A DNA stretch of 64,000 bases from Anaerolineales bacterium. GTDB lineage: Bacteria > Chloroflexota > Anaerolineae > Anaerolineales > UBA11579. Shown here in pieces: positions 20,380 through 30,314 of this stretch. Position 1 is the stretch's first letter; each line of letters opens with the position of its first letter. A program made the translations under genes and the position numbers. The stretch lies in assembly GCA_050115475.1 (NCBI GenBank), contig JASFQL010000009.1, positions 20,613 through 84,612 of the forward strand, given 5' to 3'. A model generated the notes under the pieces. It ran no database searches. It was not told where the DNA came from and saw nothing but the letters and a program-made list of their open reading frames with translations.

Positions 20380-21192
20380 GTGACCAGCATAAATCAAACC
20401 CAATACAATTCAAAGTTGGCCAACTTTCCAAGACCAGCTATTGCTATAACGGCTGTAACCTACTTGTTGTTAGGCTACCTGGAACACCTACCAGGGACCG
20501 ATATTCCCGCCCTGCTCTACTTCTTTGCCTTGGGGGTTCTGGCATTGTATCTTATGCCCTATGTTATTGGGCTTCCCAATGGCCGCAAATCGTTACATGA
20601 TTACTGCCAAGATATTCGCCTAATACCTGTAACGCCTCTAGGCCGAAACATTTTGCTTGGCTTGTTGATGGCTGCACTTACCTTGTCCAGCATCTATTTG
20701 GCATCGCTGCTGACAGGACACTTCGTACTTGATTGGAGTACGGTGCCTGCGTTGCGGTGGGTGAAATGGCTCACCAGAGGAATCTGGGAAGAGGTCTTCT
20801 TTCGCGGAATAATCTTGGTCTTGTTCATGAGAGTATTTCCACTACGCAAGGCTGTGTTACGATCAACATTTCTGTTTGCTGTTGTGCATCTAAACCCAAT
20901 GGCAATAAACCTAGAAATGATAGTCGATGTGGTCAGCATTTTCTTTATAGGATTGCTCTTCACTTATCTCATACTCAAAACAGGATCGCTCTTGCCAGCT
21001 ATGGTTTTTCACTATGTACACGACATCTTTGTGCTGTTGTTGCAGAACACGCCAGGGGCAGATGAAACGCTCGCTTCAACCCTGTTGTATGCGTTTCTTT
21101 GGATTGCTCTTGTTATTGGAGCAATTCTTACAAAGTACATTGTTGAGCGTTGGCCCACGAAGGGGTCAAAGACATTGGCAGCTCAAGTATAA
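20380..21192 (+). CDS. CPBP-family (CAAX protease/Abi) intramembrane metalloprotease
   Basis: Motifs EEVFFRG (EExxxR), FAVVHL (FxxxH) and HYVHD in TM helices. Confidence 0.75.
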   Translation: MTSINQTQYNSKLANFPRPAIAITAVTYLLLGYLEHLPGTDIPALLYFFALGVLALYLMPYVIGLPNGRKSLHDYCQDIRLIPVTPLGRNILLGLLMAALTLSSIYLASLLTGHFVLDWSTVPALRWVKWLTRGIWEEVFFRGIILVLFMRVFPLRKAVLRSTFLFAVVHLNPMAINLEMIVDVVSIFFIGLLFTYLILKTGSLLPAMVFHYVHDIFVLLLQNTPGADETLASTLLYAFLWIALVIGAILTKYIVERWPTKGSKTLAAQV

Positions 21193-21386
21193 GCACATCG
21201 GATACCGCCCAACCACCGCAGCAATTGCCCCCCCATTGGCGCTCCAGAATAGCTCTCGTTTGCGACATTGAGAGCTTGACCAATGTTTATTGGTTAGCGA
21301 ATGATGGGACGGGCGGCGGGGCTTTTTCGTTGGGCCGAATTCGCCGTTTTAATAAAATCCAAAGTAATGTGTGAGGAAAAGGAAAA

Positions 21387-22244
21387 ATGATTATGAAGCC
21401 AATCCTCAGTGCTCTAGCTAAAGTAATTGGATATTTTGCTGCTGTTTTCACCAGTTTAGTTTTCGCATTAATACCTATGCAGTTGATTTTTGGTGATACA
21501 GAATCTTTTGAGACGAGGCTTGAGCTCTTGTGGTTCACAATTCCCGTCTTGGTTGGTGCAGCTGTTGTAAATTTGGGAATGGCGTGGTTCGGAAAATCAA
21601 TATTTGTAAGGTTGGGTTGGCCAGATCGTCGGGCGTTTTTACGGTGGTTTGGTATTGGCACTCTCATTGGATTGGTAATGGCGGGAGGTATTCTTATCTT
21701 CATTCGGGCGTTATGGGGTGGTCAATTCATCATCGAAAATGGAGAATTATCTCAATACTTGGGCTATGTATTACCGCTTTTGGGGTGTTTATTTATTTTG
21801 GCATTGTGCGAAGAGTGGATCTTTCGGGGATACCCATTATCCGTTCTCTCTCCAGTTATAGGTCGAGGATGGGCAAATCTGTTTGTGGCATTGTTCTTTA
21901 CATTATCGCACTGGGGCGACGATGGATGGAACCTGCTCGTGGTAGTCAACCTAATATTATTCTCTCTTATCAATGGTGCGCTTCGCTATTCACAAGGTGG
22001 AATCGTTGCAGCTTGGGCATTTCATTTTTCCTGGAATAGCATCCAGGTTTTGGCAGGCGCGATCATGAGCGGAGATGACTTCGAAGTGCCGTTCGTACAT
22101 TTCTCCAGCCAAGGGCCATCCTGGTTATCGGGTGGCGCTTTCGGACCTGAAGGAAGTATCATCACAACTGTGGTCGGGGTCTTTAGCTTTGTTCTAATAT
22201 GGAAATTCTTACAGCTTAAGAATAACAATGTTGATTCTGCTTGA
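21387..22244 (+). CDS. CPBP-family intramembrane metalloprotease (second, tandem)
   Basis: Motifs CEEWIFRG, FFTLSHW, AFHFSWN. Confidence 0.7.
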   Translation: MIMKPILSALAKVIGYFAAVFTSLVFALIPMQLIFGDTESFETRLELLWFTIPVLVGAAVVNLGMAWFGKSIFVRLGWPDRRAFLRWFGIGTLIGLVMAGGILIFIRALWGGQFIIENGELSQYLGYVLPLLGCLFILALCEEWIFRGYPLSVLSPVIGRGWANLFVALFFTLSHWGDDGWNLLVVVNLILFSLINGALRYSQGGIVAAWAFHFSWNSIQVLAGAIMSGDDFEVPFVHFSSQGPSWLSGGAFGPEGSIITTVVGVFSFVLIWKFLQLKNNNVDSA

Positions 22245-22465
22245 TATTAACTCCACAGCCTTTTAGCAGCTATACCAGCAGGTTTGTACGCATAAAGCCA
22301 TCCACTTCTGATACAGCCCACATCGAGGAAATGTAAAAACCCATGAGTGAATAGCCTTTCCTAAACAGACCTGTCAGCAAACAGGCGCCATCCGTTTGCT
22401 CAATACCTGACAGGTTTAATTATTTTCCCTAAACAAACAATTAAACCGAATAAAAATCGCGCCCA

Positions 22466-23071
22466 ATGCGTTATAGTGGTAGAGTATATCGAGGACACGT
22501 GGCCGAGCAAAACCTATTCTTGGAAAACGGTGAAGCCGAGTTGATCGCCCTGGCGCAGGGTGGCGACCGGCGCGCCTTTGGTGAACTGGTCTTGCGGCAC
22601 CAAAAGGGCGTAGTGAACGTTGCCTACCGCATGTGCGGGGATACACAACTGGCCGAGGATATGGCCCAAGAAGCTTTCATCCGCGCCTGGCAGAAACTCC
22701 CTGGCTACAAACTGCGTTCCCCTTTCCGCAACTGGCTGTACCGTATCGTCACGAACGCCACACTGGACGTCCTCCGGCGCGAGCGGGAGATCGTGGATAT
22801 CGAGGCGTTCCCTCTAGCGGGACCGGGAAAAGGGCTGGAAGCTTCCATCGAAGCCAAAGACCGGGCGGTAAGTGTCCGGCAAGCTGTACTCGCCCTGCCG
22901 CCCTCCAGCCGGGGGGTGTTGGTCTTGCGTGAGTATGAAGGGCTATCTTATAAGGAAATCAGCGAAACACTCGACATCCCCATCGGCACGGTCATGTCTC
23001 GCCTGAACTACGCCCGTCAACGTTTGAGTGTAGATTTAGAATCCCTGATAAAGGAAAAAGACGATGAGTGA
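22466..23071 (+). CDS. ECF-type RNA polymerase sigma factor (sigma-70 family)
   Basis: Region 2 (LVLRHQKGVVNVAYRMCGD...AQEAFIRAW) and region 4 (LSYKEISETLDIPIGTVMSRL). The real start is probably internal to the listed ORF. Confidence 0.8.
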   Translation: MRYSGRVYRGHVAEQNLFLENGEAELIALAQGGDRRAFGELVLRHQKGVVNVAYRMCGDTQLAEDMAQEAFIRAWQKLPGYKLRSPFRNWLYRIVTNATLDVLRREREIVDIEAFPLAGPGKGLEASIEAKDRAVSVRQAVLALPPSSRGVLVLREYEGLSYKEISETLDIPIGTVMSRLNYARQRLSVDLESLIKEKDDE

Positions 23072-23594
23072 ACACATCAATGGATGGCTGGCCGCATACT
23101 TCGACGGCCAATTGGGGGAACAGCGTACCCGAAAGGTAGAGGAACATTTAGAGGAATGCGAAGAATGCCGACGGGAACTGGCAAGACTCGATCGCCTGAG
23201 AAATGTGCTGCAAGAGAACCCCGAGGCCAGCGACCTGACGGCGCCAGACCGATTCGCCTCCCAAGTAGGATTACGCCTGCAAGCACGACCTGAACGCCCG
23301 TTTTCCCAAAGGGCGCTTTCTGCGGTGTGGCTCTCAATTCCTGTGGTGATGTTTGGGATTTGGGCGTTTTCCCGAACTTTGTTCTCCCTGACCGGCCTCA
23401 CAGAACTAGCGATAAAAGCAGGTCTGTGGAGTGATATCGCCAGGCGCTTTTCAACTGCCCCACAAACCGATCTGTTAGACATCATTACCTGGAGAATCGT
23501 GATCTCACTATTCATCGGTTTGATCTCGTTGAGCTGGCTGGCCAGCTGGTGGATCAACCAGCAGAACCAGCTACGTTATAAGGAGACCGAATAA
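23064..23594 (+). CDS. Anti-sigma factor with zf-HC2 (ZAS-like) motif and C-terminal TM helices
   Basis: HLEECEECRRELARL (H-x3-C-x2-C). Overlaps the sigma-factor stop by 8 nt. Hydrophobic C-terminal half. Confidence 0.65.
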   Translation: MSEHINGWLAAYFDGQLGEQRTRKVEEHLEECEECRRELARLDRLRNVLQENPEASDLTAPDRFASQVGLRLQARPERPFSQRALSAVWLSIPVVMFGIWAFSRTLFSLTGLTELAIKAGLWSDIARRFSTAPQTDLLDIITWRIVISLFIGLISLSWLASWWINQQNQLRYKETE

Positions 23595-23672
23595 AAAGCC
23601 TCCCTCATCCGTTGATTAGTTAATGACAGCAATCATTCCCACACATTTAGTGGACTGTTAAGGAGATTTGAA

Positions 23673-24812
23673 ATGGATTACACAAAGGTATTGAAACAAG
23701 CGTGGAAAAATGTCGTCAATTACCGGGCGCTGTGGATCTTCGGGATCATCCTCGCTTTGACCACCGCATCCACGACCAACACGGCGGTTTCCCAGAGCAG
23801 CAAACAACGAACCGAATCCAGGGAAGGCATCATGGGCACAGGCGTAAGCATACAGCCGTTGGAAGGAGAAAGCATCTGGGATGCTGCCCAGCGCGCCTTC
23901 AGGGAGACCGGGGAAGTGCTTGGGCAAGAATTCGAGCAAGCCGATGAAGAGATGACCCACTTCTACCAGGAAGACTTGGGCCTGGATATCACCAGCAACG
24001 TCATCAAACTCATCACCACCCTGATATGGGTCTTTATCGTTTTCCTGATATTCGGCACGTTCCTCCGATACATCAGCGAGACAGCCCTCATCTCAATGGT
24101 GGATGACAGAGAGGAAAGCGGAGAACAGCTTCGAGTACGTGACGGCTTCCGTTTGGGCTGGTCACGGACCTCCTGGCGGCTGTTCCTCATCGACGTCATC
24201 ATCTTCGTCCCCGTCGCTTTGGTCTTCATCCTACTTTTCGCCATCATCTTTGCTCCCCTACTTCTACTAGCCTTTGGCATCAAAGAAGTGAGTATTTTCA
24301 GCGGGGTGCTTACGGCCGGATTGTTCTTCATTTTCGTCTTCCTGGCCATCATCGCCGACCAACTCATCCGGGTGTTGAAACAATTTGCCCGGCGGGAATG
24401 CGTGGTGAACAAACAAACCCCAATCGACGCCATCCGCAACGGTTTCAATTTAGCGAAGAGCAACATCAAAGATGTGGGGATCATCTGGCTGGTTCTCGTC
24501 GGTGTGAACGTCGGCTGGCCGATCGTTATGGCCCTATGCACCATCCTGATTGTCGCTTTGGACATCGTCATCAGCGGCATCTTGGGGCTGCTTGTCGGAT
24601 TGACGGCCAGTCTGGCAGGGGCTGCCGAACCGGTTGTGACGGGCTTCCTCGTCGGGGTCCCCCTGTTCCTGCTGCTCTTAGGCATTCCTATGGCAATCCT
24701 GGCGGGGTTGAAGGAAGTGTTCACATCCAGCACCTGGACGTTGACCTACCGGGAACTCCTTGCCCTATCCGGCATGAAAGCTGAAGCCCTCCCGGAACCT
24801 GAAGAAGCCTAG
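23673..24812 (+). CDS. Integral membrane protein, unknown function
   Basis: 379 aa, multiple TM helices. Downstream of the sigma/anti-sigma pair. Confidence 0.5.
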   Translation: MDYTKVLKQAWKNVVNYRALWIFGIILALTTASTTNTAVSQSSKQRTESREGIMGTGVSIQPLEGESIWDAAQRAFRETGEVLGQEFEQADEEMTHFYQEDLGLDITSNVIKLITTLIWVFIVFLIFGTFLRYISETALISMVDDREESGEQLRVRDGFRLGWSRTSWRLFLIDVIIFVPVALVFILLFAIIFAPLLLLAFGIKEVSIFSGVLTAGLFFIFVFLAIIADQLIRVLKQFARRECVVNKQTPIDAIRNGFNLAKSNIKDVGIIWLVLVGVNVGWPIVMALCTILIVALDIVISGILGLLVGLTASLAGAAEPVVTGFLVGVPLFLLLLGIPMAILAGLKEVFTSSTWTLTYRELLALSGMKAEALPEPEEA

Positions 24813-24849
24813 GCGAACGACACAAGTAAATTAAATCAGTCTTACCGGA

Positions 24850-24889
24850 AAAGTGCCCTGTCCCGTTAGTAATGGGAAGGGCACTTTTA
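24850..24889. terminator. Bidirectional terminator hairpin AAAGTGCCCT...AGGGCACTTT + TTTAT
   Basis: 10-bp perfect stem between convergent genes (24812 + end, 24919 - end), T-run after it. Confidence 0.55.
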
Positions 24890-24918
24890 TATTTACACGA
24901 ATATCGAGGGACGAAAAC

Positions 24919-25932
24919 TTAAAGCGCGATCAACGCTTTCCAGGTATCCGGTCCAACGATGCCATCTGCAGGTAGACCATAAGTGGTTTGGAAATCTATG
25001 ACCGCCTGCTTCGTACTTGAGCCAAAGACTCCATCGATGGTGAGGCTGTAGCCAAACTTATTTACCAAAAGGTATTGAGCGGCTCTTACGGCATCACTCG
25101 AGTCGCCCTTTTTCACGGTTTTCCCGCTGATTAGGGTGTTCCAGGTGGTTGGGCCGACAATGCCATCCGCCGATAGGCTTTTTGAGGATTGGAAATTCAA
25201 GACAGTGCTACGAGTTCCTGGCCCAAAAATGCCATCAGCAGTCAATGCATATCCATGGGATCTCAATAGGTATTGGAGTGCGGCAACCTCGTCACCGCTA
25301 TTCCCTTGTTTCAGTGTCGGCCAGCCGGGGATCACCACCGTTGTGGACGATGGGGATTTGACTTTCACCTCCACCCAAAAGGGATTACCGCCCGCCAGCG
25401 CAAATATAACATTCTCTGCATTGCGGAGTTTGAAGTAACCTTTGTACGTGCCGTCAGAATTAGGGGCAGTGAGGTCTACGGAAAGGTCCACTTCGGCGCC
25501 GGGTAAGACAGTCCCATTCGTGAATTGGACGGCAGCAGGTGCGCTCATCTGGTCGCCACTCGAGAACACAAGGCGGTAATCCGCCGTCCAGGTACAGCTC
25601 CCAACGTTCTTCAAGCGCCAGGTTTTCGTGAAGTTCTGCCCAGGATCGACTTTGGAGCCATCCGGTACGGTGATATCATCGATGAAGCCTGCCAGATCGC
25701 AGGTTGTTGTGGCGCCTGGCTCAATAGTATCAGTGGGTATATCGGTATCGGCTGGCAATGAGGATGTGTCGGTTTGGATAAGAGAAGATTGGGAGGTATT
25801 TGTCGGCGCTGATGGTTCGGTTTCCAATGGAGATGCCACCTCCGTCCCTGGAAAACTGCAAGCCAGGGAGACAATAAGAATAATTACGAAGAAAAGTAAA
25901 ACTTTATATTGTTTGATTTGTCTCATGATCAT
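24919..25932 (-). CDS. Lipoprotein with an N-terminal Ig-like (NBR1-type, tentative) domain and three peptidoglycan-binding (PG_binding_1) domains
   Basis: Lipobox IVSLAC. Three repeats of the GxxGxxVxxLQxxLxxxGYxxxxDGxFGxxT pattern. TKTWRLKNVGSCTW region resembles the bacterial NBR1-like Ig domain. Confidence 0.7.
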   Translation of the reverse strand: MIMRQIKQYKVLLFFVIILIVSLACSFPGTEVASPLETEPSAPTNTSQSSLIQTDTSSLPADTDIPTDTIEPGATTTCDLAGFIDDITVPDGSKVDPGQNFTKTWRLKNVGSCTWTADYRLVFSSGDQMSAPAAVQFTNGTVLPGAEVDLSVDLTAPNSDGTYKGYFKLRNAENVIFALAGGNPFWVEVKVKSPSSTTVVIPGWPTLKQGNSGDEVAALQYLLRSHGYALTADGIFGPGTRSTVLNFQSSKSLSADGIVGPTTWNTLISGKTVKKGDSSDAVRAAQYLLVNKFGYSLTIDGVFGSSTKQAVIDFQTTYGLPADGIVGPDTWKALIAL

Positions 25933-26121
25933 CGATTTCTCTTATTTGCGGATGTAAAAGGTTTTATAAATTAGGTGCATTATACAGTAATTATTATCAC
26001 CGAGTGAGACTACTCTACAGAAAAAACGATAGCCATATTTCCTATTAGTCCGTTATGGATATATATGGTATGATTAGTGGGAATATATTTCGCTACACCC
26101 ATTAAGGATAAAAATATTCCC

Positions 26122-26571
26122 ATGCAATCCGAAGCTGAAACCATCGAGCAGTATATCAAGGAACTGCCTGAAGACCGCCGAGAAGCCATCAAAGCCGTCC
26201 GTAAGGTCATCCTGGAGAATTTGACGGAGGGCTACGAAGAAGTCATGAACTGGGGGATGATCACCTACCAGGTGCCTCTGACGACCTACCCAGATACCTA
26301 TAACGGTAAGCCCCTCATGTACGCCGCCCTCGCTTCCCAGAAAAACCATATGGCCGTTTACCTCTCAGGAATCTATTCATCCGAAGTAAGACGGGGTGCT
26401 TTCGAAAGCGCCTACAAAGCCTCCGGGAAGCGCTACGACGTCGGAAAGTCCTGTATACGATTCCGGAAATTGGACGATCTCCCCCTCCCCCTCATCGGCG
26501 AGACAATCGCTTCCATGGACGTTGACGACTTCATCCGCCAATATGAGGACGCTCGGGGGATTAGGAAATAA
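26122..26571 (+). CDS. DUF1801 (YdhG-like) domain protein
   Basis: Pattern IEQYIKELPEDRREAIKAVRKVILENLTEGYEEVMNWGMITY. Start chosen at the internal ATG (26122); the ORF track begins at GTG 26077. Confidence 0.55.
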   Translation: MQSEAETIEQYIKELPEDRREAIKAVRKVILENLTEGYEEVMNWGMITYQVPLTTYPDTYNGKPLMYAALASQKNHMAVYLSGIYSSEVRRGAFESAYKASGKRYDVGKSCIRFRKLDDLPLPLIGETIASMDVDDFIRQYEDARGIRK

Positions 26572-26779
26572 TACGTATAAAATCCTGATAACTTCCAGTT
26601 ATCGGTACTCTATCGCCTTACAAAATCCTTAATCTCCTATCATAGTTACCAGGATACTCCTGTCTTACCCCAAGATTATAATTAAAAGCCTGTGGTTATT
26701 TTTCTCAGGGTTCGGCTTAACCACTAGGACAAGCCGGTACCATTACACAGAAAGTAATATAACTTTCCGTGGAGACACA

Positions 26780-29026
26780 ATGATTCTAAAAAATCTGCTT
26801 CGCAGAAAAGGGCGCACCGTCCTCACAATACTGAGTATTGCCATCGGAGTATTTGCCATTGTGATTATCAGCGCGTTGGCCGATGGGCTGGCCAGCGGTT
26901 ACGACGCGCTCATTACCGGCAGCAAAGCGGATTTAGTCCTTAACCAACCCGATGCCTTAGACATCAGTATGGCAGGGATAGAAGAATCGGCCATCGATCA
27001 ACTGGAAAATATGCCGGAGGTTTATCAGGTCAGCGGAATGGTCGAGGGAATCGTAACCGCAGATGAATCCCCATACTTCTTCATATTTGGATATCCGACA
27101 GATAGTTTTGTCCTCGAACGTTTTCAGATAGTCGAAGGCTATGAATTGGACAGTAGAGAGGCCAAACGAGCCAAAGGAAAGCCCATCATCCTGGGGAAAG
27201 CCGCTGCAGAGGCATTGAACAAAAAGGTGGGGGATTCGATCCGCATCACAGCAACTGCCTTCCGAATTGTCGGCATCTATGAAACTGGTTCCACCTTCGA
27301 GGACGGCGGTGGCGTTATTCCACTCGACGAAGCCCAACTGCTGTTGGGCCGCCAGCGGCAGGTCAACATCGTCTACATTCAATTGAAAGATCCCAACCTG
27401 GCCGACCGGATCATCACTCGAGCAGAGCGTCTATGGCCCGACCTTAAAATAAGCCCGACCGGCGAGTTCGCCGACAACCAGATCATGGGTGATGCCATGG
27501 AAGTCTACGTGGTCATGATCGCCGGGATGGCGATTGTGATCGGCGGGGTCGCCATTACCAATTCACAGCTCATGGCGGTTTACGAACGCACCCGCGAGAT
27601 CGGCGTACTGCGTGCCATCGGGTGGTCGAGTCAACGAGTGATGTATCTGATTTTCAGCGAATCGGTCCTCGTCAGTCTGATGGGAGGCGTTCTCGGCGTA
27701 CTCCTCGGTTTTATGACACTCTCGTCATTATCTGCCGCTCTGATCGCTTTCGGCGCTTCTGCCGATAATATCGACGTGGCCTTATTATTTAAAGCGTTTT
27801 TCGTCGTCGTCATCTTGGGCATTGGCGGCGGTATCTTGCCTGCTCGTAGAGCAGCCCAATTGGAACCCATCGAAGCTTTACGTTATGAAGGAGGGAGCAC
27901 CGGCTCAACTCCCAAACGCCTTCCCTTCGGCGGGATGCCCGTCCAAAGCCTTTACCAGCGAACAACCCGCACCCTGCTTACCGCCGGGATGATCGCCATC
28001 ACGATTGCCTCCATCATGACCCTAGAGGGATTCATCGAAGGCGCTAAAGAGATATTCAACAGCATGGTCGCAAGCACCGGAGCGGAAATCGTCCTGCGGC
28101 AGGCCAATTTATCAGATACCTCCCAAAGTGTTATCGATGAAATTATGCTCAACCGAATCGAAGCCCTCCCAGAAGTCGAGGCGACCAGCGGTTTCATCTT
28201 CACAGCTGTTGGGATGCCTGAGACTTTATTCTTCATCGTGCAGGGGTTAGAGCCAAACAATTTTGGCATCCGGCGTTTCAAGATCGTGGAAGGGGGACCG
28301 TTACGCACCAACCGGCAGATTATCATTGGAAGCACTGCGGCGGAAGCATTTAATAAAGGACCCGGCGACACATTGGAGGTCGGCGGCAGCCGCTTCAAGA
28401 TCGTTGGAATCTACGATATGGCCACCGAGTGGGAAAATGTCGGTGGGGTTGTTTCCCTTCGTGATGGGCAGATTCTCGCCGGACGGCCGCGCAAAGTCAC
28501 CATGGCTTACGTCAAACTCGTCGACCCACGATCGGCCAATGAAGTCGTAGACTTAATCAACACTCGTTTCGAAGACGTACATGCTGCCTTGAGTGGTGAA
28601 TTTGCCGACCAGATGCCGGATATGGAAGCCGCCAACCAGATGCTGATGACAATCTCTATGATGGCTTTACTCATTGGCGGGTTCGGTATCATGAACACGA
28701 TGTTGATGGCCGTTCACGAACGCACCAAAGAGATCGGCGCGCTGCGCGCACTCGGCTGGCGCCAGCGGGAAGTAATAAAATTAATCATGAAAGAAGCCCT
28801 TATCCTAGGGATATTTGGCGGCCTCCTCGGAATCCCCCTGGCAATCTTTTTCATGGTGGTCGTCAACAACCTGCCCATTATGGAAGATTTTGGTGTATTG
28901 ACATTGAATTTCGGGATCTACTTACGGGCTATCTTTGTCGCTTTATTCTTAGGCGCCGTCGGCGGGATCTACCCCGCCTGGCGAGCAACCAAAATGCAGC
29001 CCGTGGAGGCCCTCAGGTATGAATAA
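26780..29026 (+). CDS. ABC transporter permease with two FtsX-like domains (MacB/LolCE-type)
   Basis: 748 aa. Two repeats of a large extracytoplasmic domain followed by three TM helices. C-terminal EALRYE repeated. Confidence 0.8.
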   Translation: MILKNLLRRKGRTVLTILSIAIGVFAIVIISALADGLASGYDALITGSKADLVLNQPDALDISMAGIEESAIDQLENMPEVYQVSGMVEGIVTADESPYFFIFGYPTDSFVLERFQIVEGYELDSREAKRAKGKPIILGKAAAEALNKKVGDSIRITATAFRIVGIYETGSTFEDGGGVIPLDEAQLLLGRQRQVNIVYIQLKDPNLADRIITRAERLWPDLKISPTGEFADNQIMGDAMEVYVVMIAGMAIVIGGVAITNSQLMAVYERTREIGVLRAIGWSSQRVMYLIFSESVLVSLMGGVLGVLLGFMTLSSLSAALIAFGASADNIDVALLFKAFFVVVILGIGGGILPARRAAQLEPIEALRYEGGSTGSTPKRLPFGGMPVQSLYQRTTRTLLTAGMIAITIASIMTLEGFIEGAKEIFNSMVASTGAEIVLRQANLSDTSQSVIDEIMLNRIEALPEVEATSGFIFTAVGMPETLFFIVQGLEPNNFGIRRFKIVEGGPLRTNRQIIIGSTAAEAFNKGPGDTLEVGGSRFKIVGIYDMATEWENVGGVVSLRDGQILAGRPRKVTMAYVKLVDPRSANEVVDLINTRFEDVHAALSGEFADQMPDMEAANQMLMTISMMALLIGGFGIMNTMLMAVHERTKEIGALRALGWRQREVIKLIMKEALILGIFGGLLGIPLAIFFMVVVNNLPIMEDFGVLTLNFGIYLRAIFVALFLGAVGGIYPAWRATKMQPVEALRYE

Positions 29027-29107
29027 TGGACATTGACCAGTAGCCTGGTCAATGTTTAAGAGAATGCCTGCAGTATTCTCTACTAGTAAAACAAGGAGTA
29101 CGAAGAC

Positions 29108-30304
29108 ATGAAAATTACCCTGGACAAGAAAATCAGATTCTTAGCGATGTGGATGATAGTCATTGCGATCGTCATCTCAGGCTGCAGCAACGACAATGCA
29201 AATGCTGCCGCTACTCAGACAGAAGACCCTTTTGAAGACTTTATCCCCATCATTGCTGCCACCGGGAAAATCGTGCCCCACGATCGGGCTACTTTAAGTG
29301 TGCCCACAGGTGGTATCGTGGACGAATTGCTTGTCGAGGAAAACGACAAGGTGAAATCCGGCACCATTTTACTTGTACTCAGTGGAGTCAAACAGATGGA
29401 AGCCGCCGTTGCTGCTGCTAAACTGGAGCTTCTCTCGGCACAACAAGCCCTCGACGACCTTCTGCTATACAGCGACGTGACCTCGGCAGAAGCACAGCAA
29501 ACGCTTGCCCGGGCGAATAATGAGGTCAGAGATGCCGAAGTCACCGTTAGCAGCTTGAAGAACCCGGGGACAAAAGATGAAGTCAACGCCGCATACGCCA
29601 GTTTGATCCTCGCCGCAGATAAACTGGACAAAGTAGAAAACCTATATAAAAGGGTCAAAAACAAACCCAAAGACAATCTTAAACGCGCTGAGGCTGAAGT
29701 TGCCCTGGATGCTGCCAGCGACGTATACGACGCTGCACTACGCAGGTACAATTACCTCAGTGGGTCGGCAAACGAATACGATATCGCCATTGGTGAAGCC
29801 GACCTGGTCTGGGCGCAGGCCATGGCTGAGGTAGCGCAAGCCGAGTTGGAGAAAATTGGGGATGGGCCAGACCCGGACGAACTGGCAATTGCGCAAGCCC
29901 GTCTCGAAAACGCCCAGGCGCAGTTCGATTCTGCATCGGCGGCATTAGAAGACATGCGGTTGAAAGCGCCTTTCAACGGGATTGTGAGCCAGATCTTCGT
30001 GAGGGAAAACGAGTGGGTCACCCCAGGCACACCGGTCATTGCATTTGGCGACTTCACCAATCTACATGTAGAGACGACCGATTTGAATGAGATCGACGTC
30101 ACCCGTATCGAAGTAGGCAGCCGGGCGACGATCACCTTCGACGCCCTCCCAGAAATCGTCGTGGATGCCACTGTCGTCAGTATCGCCAGCAAATCTTCAC
30201 CCGGCTCCGGTGTGAACTACACTGTCATCCTAGAATTCGATGAAATTCCCGAAGGCTTGCTGTGGGACATGACTGCCTTCGTCGACATACAAATTGAAGA
30301 ATAG
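29108..30304 (+). CDS. HlyD-family periplasmic adaptor (membrane fusion protein) lipoprotein
   Basis: Lipobox ISGCS, long coiled-coil and biotinyl/lipoyl-like beta regions (KSGTILLVL...LKAPFNGIVSQIFV). Confidence 0.75.
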   Translation: MKITLDKKIRFLAMWMIVIAIVISGCSNDNANAAATQTEDPFEDFIPIIAATGKIVPHDRATLSVPTGGIVDELLVEENDKVKSGTILLVLSGVKQMEAAVAAAKLELLSAQQALDDLLLYSDVTSAEAQQTLARANNEVRDAEVTVSSLKNPGTKDEVNAAYASLILAADKLDKVENLYKRVKNKPKDNLKRAEAEVALDAASDVYDAALRRYNYLSGSANEYDIAIGEADLVWAQAMAEVAQAELEKIGDGPDPDELAIAQARLENAQAQFDSASAALEDMRLKAPFNGIVSQIFVRENEWVTPGTPVIAFGDFTNLHVETTDLNEIDVTRIEVGSRATITFDALPEIVVDATVVSIASKSSPGSGVNYTVILEFDEIPEGLLWDMTAFVDIQIEE

Positions 30305-30314
30305 CCACTGAGGT

